Both the position numbers and the translations under genes were made by a program. A stretch of 37,579 bases of DNA, from the NCBI GenBank assembly GCA_017444045.1, contig JAFSXO010000047.1, positions 1 to 37,579 on the forward strand, in the 5' to 3' direction. Each line of letters starts with the position of its first letter. Within the stretch, counting starts at the first letter, position 1. The notes beneath the pieces were generated by a model that saw nothing but the letters and a program-made list of their open reading frames with translations, was not told the origin of the DNA and made no database searches. This DNA comes from a bacterium (GTDB lineage: Bacteria; Vulcanimicrobiota; Xenobia; Xenobiales; Xenobiaceae). This document shows positions 33,963-37,579 of the stretch, piece after piece.

Positions 33963-34071
33963 TTTTTAACCTCCATAATACAATAAAATATAAGATAGGG
34001 TAATTTCAGCCATAGTCTTTCAAGGTTGGAGAATGGCTCCCTGCCGATAAAAAAGCTATCCTGTACGTCCC

Positions 34072-34121
34072 AATCTTCTCCTAGCAGAGGCAGCGTCCTA
34101 ATCCTCTCCTAGCAGGGGCAG
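34072..34121. repeat. Imperfect 22-nt direct repeat duplicating the 3' end of the 562-aa ORF
   Basis: 'aatcttctcctagcagaggcag' (34072-34093) versus 'aatcctctcctagcaggggcag' (34100-34121), 20 of 22 identical, with a period of 28 bp. Confidence 0.8.
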
Positions 34122-35786
34122 AATTTCGGGATCGGAGCACAGCTGCTCATAGCATTTGCGGTTGATGTCAAAGATATCGGTTTTAGGATTATTCCTCCAG
34201 GCATCGATCAGTACTCTGCTGAGGGATGTTGATACGCCTAAATGCTGAATGGGATTGCCGCCAGTTAATATCTGGCTGCGCGATCCCTGCAGCCTGCTGA
34301 TAAGCTGCATATCCTGGACATTGCCGCGGCCGTTGCGCTGTAAGTTAGGGGTAATAAACGTATCGAATATATAGCAGGTTCGGTAAGGCGCCAGCTCATT
34401 TTTCCAGCGCTCCCAGTCACCGTCGTTTAGCGGACGTGAGCTGCTGTCTGCAGCCGACTCGGTATTTGCGGTGAGGAATACCCGTTCCTGGCCGTTCCAG
34501 TCGGTGGCTCCGGCAAAGTATATCAATACTCTGTCGCCGATTCGGCAGGCCTGGCAGATATTGTCCATGGCTTTGGCTATATTCTCGAAGGTGGCATCCT
34601 TGCCGCGCAGCGACTTGACTATGTATCCGCGTTTCATGAGGCGTTCGCGCGCCCTGAGCACTGACTGAACGCTCGTGCTGTCGGTGCCGATTAGCAGTGC
34701 TCTGTTAGCGGTTACCTTAGAGCTAGGCGGTGCCATGAAGCGCACGCGCTTAGTGAAGCTTTTGTCGGCTTTGTCCCAGACGTTTACGCATAGCTCGTTG
34801 GCTCCGGGATTCAGATCCAGAGATAAGTCCAGAGCTAGCTGGCGCAGCTGCAGGTCCTCGGGAATGCTCCAGACCTCTTTTCCGTTCAGCAGCAGGTTGG
34901 CTTTGGCGATGCCCTCTGGCGCTTCTACAGTGCCAATCAGAGGGACATTTTTGAGCTTATTCACGCGCAGAGAGCGGGGCAGCTCTATGACCACGCTGGG
35001 AGAGGTTGGGGTGTTGGCCACGTCTAAGGGCAATTCGCGCTGACAGGTGTAGCTGCCGACTAAGCGCCCGCCCAGGGCTTCGCTAACGCGTACATTGGCG
35101 GTGATGCTAATGCGCTCTGGCGTGAGGCGTCTGACATTGCTGATCCCTATAACTTCGGTGTAGTCTATGCGGTGCAGGGAGCTGTCCCTGGCGCCGATGG
35201 TGCGTCCGTGAAAAGCTCCGATACAGGCGGTTTTCCCTAAAACACGGCCTTGGCTGACCACCGATATACAGCTGTCGGGGCCGAGTATGAACTTGTCGGG
35301 AATGCCGTCGCCGTTGATATCCTTGGCGCTAAGCTCCGTGCCCTTGGGCGGTTTCTCTTCGTAGAGATCCCACGAGCCGGTGGCCGCCTTGAGGGAAACC
35401 TGTCCGGGTCCTGGGCTTGGATCATTGCTAATTTTGACCTGGCGCAGCCAGCCCAGCATCAGAAGCGGATCGTGGAGATCGTCTATAACGGCCGCATTCT
35501 GAGAGCGGAAAAGCGGATTGGCGGCCAGACAGAGATCATACCTGGCCTCTAATGCAGCGGCCTCGTAGGCGTATTTTGCTCTTTTGTCCGCCTCGCATAT
35601 CTGCGCTTCTTCTGTGGCCGTCCCGTGGCCCTCTAGCGGGCTTGAGCGCGCGTCTGCCGCATTAGTTGGCAGGGGATGGGGCAGGCTTTCTGAAGGTGCG
35701 GGCTGAGCCCAAGCCTGGAGCACGATTCCCAGTGCGGCGGCGCTGCACACGCCTATTGCATTAATCCAATATTTATGTAATTGCAT
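34098..35786 (-). CDS. Secreted multidomain protein with a C-terminal caspase-like (peptidase C14 fold) domain lacking the His/Cys dyad
   Basis: Signal peptide 'AIGVCSAAALGIVLQAWAQP'. FG-GAP/VCBS-like 'DINGDGIPDKFILG'. Caspase-like 'RALLIGTDS...', with 'VLIYFAGATDWNG' where 'SGHG' is expected and 'CYIFDTFITP' where 'D.C.SG' is expected. Confidence 0.7.
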   Translation of the reverse strand: MQLHKYWINAIGVCSAAALGIVLQAWAQPAPSESLPHPLPTNAADARSSPLEGHGTATEEAQICEADKRAKYAYEAAALEARYDLCLAANPLFRSQNAAVIDDLHDPLLMLGWLRQVKISNDPSPGPGQVSLKAATGSWDLYEEKPPKGTELSAKDINGDGIPDKFILGPDSCISVVSQGRVLGKTACIGAFHGRTIGARDSSLHRIDYTEVIGISNVRRLTPERISITANVRVSEALGGRLVGSYTCQRELPLDVANTPTSPSVVIELPRSLRVNKLKNVPLIGTVEAPEGIAKANLLLNGKEVWSIPEDLQLRQLALDLSLDLNPGANELCVNVWDKADKSFTKRVRFMAPPSSKVTANRALLIGTDSTSVQSVLRARERLMKRGYIVKSLRGKDATFENIAKAMDNICQACRIGDRVLIYFAGATDWNGQERVFLTANTESAADSSSRPLNDGDWERWKNELAPYRTCYIFDTFITPNLQRNGRGNVQDMQLISRLQGSRSQILTGGNPIQHLGVSTSLSRVLIDAWRNNPKTDIFDINRKCYEQLCSDPEILPLLGED

Positions 35787-35843
35787 AACATTACAATTTT
35801 CTATGGAGGATTTTTTCTTCCTATTTGCGGAAGATAAGAGCGT

Positions 35844-36455
35844 ATGCCTAGTCTTATTGTGCGCGCTATCAATTCGGTGGGACGCCTGATAGAGTTCTGC
35901 TTAACTGGCCAGACGGACTATGCGCTGACTACCTCGGATTTTTGTCTGGCTGATACGATTGACAACTCTGTGCAGGCTAAATTGGCCATGAAGGAGCTGC
36001 TTCCGTATCTTCAGCAAAAATTTGGCATCGTTCTGCAGGCGCCGATCATTATTAATTTGGAAAAGCCCCGAACGCGCAGCTGGAAAAGGGTCGTTTTCAG
36101 CGCGGGAGAGCATATAGGTAGCTATACGTCGCGCTGGCTGGGAGAGAATCTGTCGCATGAGATACTGCTGGCTCCGGGAATGGAGCGGCGCAAGTTTAAG
36201 GCGGTGCTGGCGCATGAACTTACCCATGCGTTTCAGGCCGAGCGCAGGCTGCTGCGCACGCATAAAGGGCTTAAAGAGGGTATGGCGCGCTGGGTTGAGT
36301 ACCATGTGCTGAATGAGGTCGGCCTGAAGCGGGAAGCCGACAAGCTATGCCGGTATCGCAGCTTTATACTGGGGCGCGGTATAATAACGATTCTGAATTA
36401 TGAGCGCGAGCATGGGCGTACCGCTACGCTTAAATGGCTGAAGGATCTAGCTTAA
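35844..36455 (+). CDS. Putative zinc metallopeptidase (HExxH plus downstream Glu, gluzincin-like)
   Basis: Motif 'VLAHELTHAFQ' followed by 'EGMARWVEYH'. The start is uncertain (ATG 35844 or ATG 35988). Confidence 0.6.
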   Translation: MPSLIVRAINSVGRLIEFCLTGQTDYALTTSDFCLADTIDNSVQAKLAMKELLPYLQQKFGIVLQAPIIINLEKPRTRSWKRVVFSAGEHIGSYTSRWLGENLSHEILLAPGMERRKFKAVLAHELTHAFQAERRLLRTHKGLKEGMARWVEYHVLNEVGLKREADKLCRYRSFILGRGIITILNYEREHGRTATLKWLKDLA

Positions 36456-36473
36456 ATGGCTTAAAGAATCTGT

Positions 36474-37187
36474 TTAAGATAACTGTGGCTCACGCTTTTT
36501 GACCTCCTGCAGCCATCTGTAATACATTATCGCTCCGTTGATGACGAATAGAATCCACATGAGCAGAGTGGCAATATTGGAGCTGCCCGCCGAGTATTCT
36601 ATAAACCACATCGCTGCGGTAACTATGTCGGCGATTATCCAGAGGATCCACTGCTCAAGGCAGCGCTGCACCGAGGCCGCCATAGCGACTATCGACAGCG
36701 CCGTAACAAAAGCGTCTAGGTAGGGCATAGTGCCCTGCAGCCTGTCCAGCCCTAGGCCGCCCAAAGCGGTAATCAGCACGACAGTGCCGGCTAAAAGCCA
36801 ATGCCAGCGCTGGTTTAGGCGGCGTTTCTCCACCTCGTAAATCTCGCTGTCAAGGTGCCGGCTCCAGGCAATAAAGCCGTAAATGTTCATGGGCAGGAAA
36901 TAGCAGGAATACAGCATTACCGTCCCATAAAATTTTGACCGGAAGGCTATATAAGAATACAGGGCAACATTGACTACGCCAAAGAGGTAAGTGCTTAATT
37001 TGCCTTTTCCGTTCAGGATTACATTGGCAATGCCGGTAAGCGCGGAAAGTATGCCGATCCAGGTGTCGGTATTCCATGACAGGATGGTAACGATGGCGCA
37101 GCAAAAAAACAGCCAGCTTACCTCTGCCGTTTTCCAGCCGCTAAGCTCAAAGGCTGCCAGCTCTCGTAGGCTTTGGCTCAGTTTCAC
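36474..37187 (-). CDS. pnuC: Nicotinamide riboside transporter PnuC
   Basis: GTG start. Seven or so TM segments. Motifs 'GILSALTGIANVILNGKGKLSTYLFG' and 'NIYGFIAW'. Confidence 0.88.
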   Translation of the reverse strand: MKLSQSLRELAAFELSGWKTAEVSWLFFCCAIVTILSWNTDTWIGILSALTGIANVILNGKGKLSTYLFGVVNVALYSYIAFRSKFYGTVMLYSCYFLPMNIYGFIAWSRHLDSEIYEVEKRRLNQRWHWLLAGTVVLITALGGLGLDRLQGTMPYLDAFVTALSIVAMAASVQRCLEQWILWIIADIVTAAMWFIEYSAGSSNIATLLMWILFVINGAIMYYRWLQEVKKREPQLS

Positions 37188-37191
37188 CGCA

Positions 37192-37575
37192 TCAGTCGCC
37201 TATCATCGCGTCGATATCTTTAGGCTGGGGAAGGTCTGTCTCCCCGTTGTCCCATTGCAGCACGTAGTAAAGCTTGTTGGGCAGGGATAGGGAACGATGG
37301 GCATAGCGGATATAGTTAGCTGGCTTGAGCTCGCCGTTAGGAGCATAGAACCAGCCCAAAAATGGTTTGCTGCTGCCGTTAAACTTTTTATAAAACGATT
37401 TTTGGGGCAGGTGCGGTATGAGGCGGGCGCTGGTTTTGTTTCCCATTAATCGGCAGCCCATATCTCCGCGCATCATTGGGTACAGATGCGGTGAAAGCAG
37501 GAAGTTCCCCTCGTAGGATACTTCTCCGCTGCCTTCTAGCTTGTCGCGCACGATTAGTATCTTATCGGTGGGCAT
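37192..37575 (-). CDS. Hypothetical 127-aa protein translationally coupled to pnuC
   Basis: A complete ORF (ATG at 37575) whose stop lies 4 nt before the pnuC start. I recognised no motif (no P-loop, no TM segment). Confidence 0.55.
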   Translation of the reverse strand: MPTDKILIVRDKLEGSGEVSYEGNFLLSPHLYPMMRGDMGCRLMGNKTSARLIPHLPQKSFYKKFNGSSKPFLGWFYAPNGELKPANYIRYAHRSLSLPNKLYYVLQWDNGETDLPQPKDIDAMIGD

Positions 37576-37579
37576 GAAT

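Noticed and set aside
33963-34040. Promoter call for apgM (minus-strand 'ttgaaa' and 'tattat' hexamers)
   Set aside because: The hexamers are not at a workable 16-18-nt spacing relative to each other, or they sit too close to the SD, so no promoter can be assigned without TSS data.
1-37579. Search for CRISPR arrays, tRNA/rRNA genes, transposases, integrases and toxin-antitoxin pairs
   Set aside because: I found no regularly spaced direct repeats, no cloverleaf-like or rRNA-like segments in the intergenic gaps, and no ORF with recombinase, transposase or typical TA motifs.

Overview
Dense, fairly G+C-rich chromosomal window from a diderm (outer-membrane) bacterium. I saw no rRNA, tRNA, CRISPR array, transposase or integrase. 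Positions 92-14568 form a lipid A (Raetz pathway) locus: three tandem Skp/OmpH paralogues (one very large), a short lpxD, an unknown 591-aa secreted protein, lpxC-fabZ, a ~490-bp repeat-filled gap, then a Gfo/Idh/MocA oxidoreductase with lpxA-lpxB. Next come two extra LpxB-like glycosyltransferases, an ICMT-family membrane methyltransferase and a metallophosphoesterase. No lpxH/lpxI, lpxK or waaA is recognisable here, so this non-canonical locus is my best candidate for new biology. The rest holds an orphan Cys-rich prepilin, truD, and a 1365-aa P-loop NTPase with a ~225-aa acidic tail. After that come an ftsA-nrdR-punA-pdp operon (no ftsZ), a HisRS-like protein with degenerate catalytic motifs and a ~520-aa basic tail, and a YfhO-like membrane protein. 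The window ends with an AT-rich patch (two small membrane proteins), a second purine nucleoside phosphorylase with a signal peptide, apgM, a secreted caspase-fold protein lacking the His/Cys dyad, an HExxH protein, and pnuC coupled to an unknown gene. A family of imperfect palindromic intergenic repeats (three copies) sits inside the lipid A locus. All functional calls rest on motifs I recognised by eye in the supplied translations. No database search was run.
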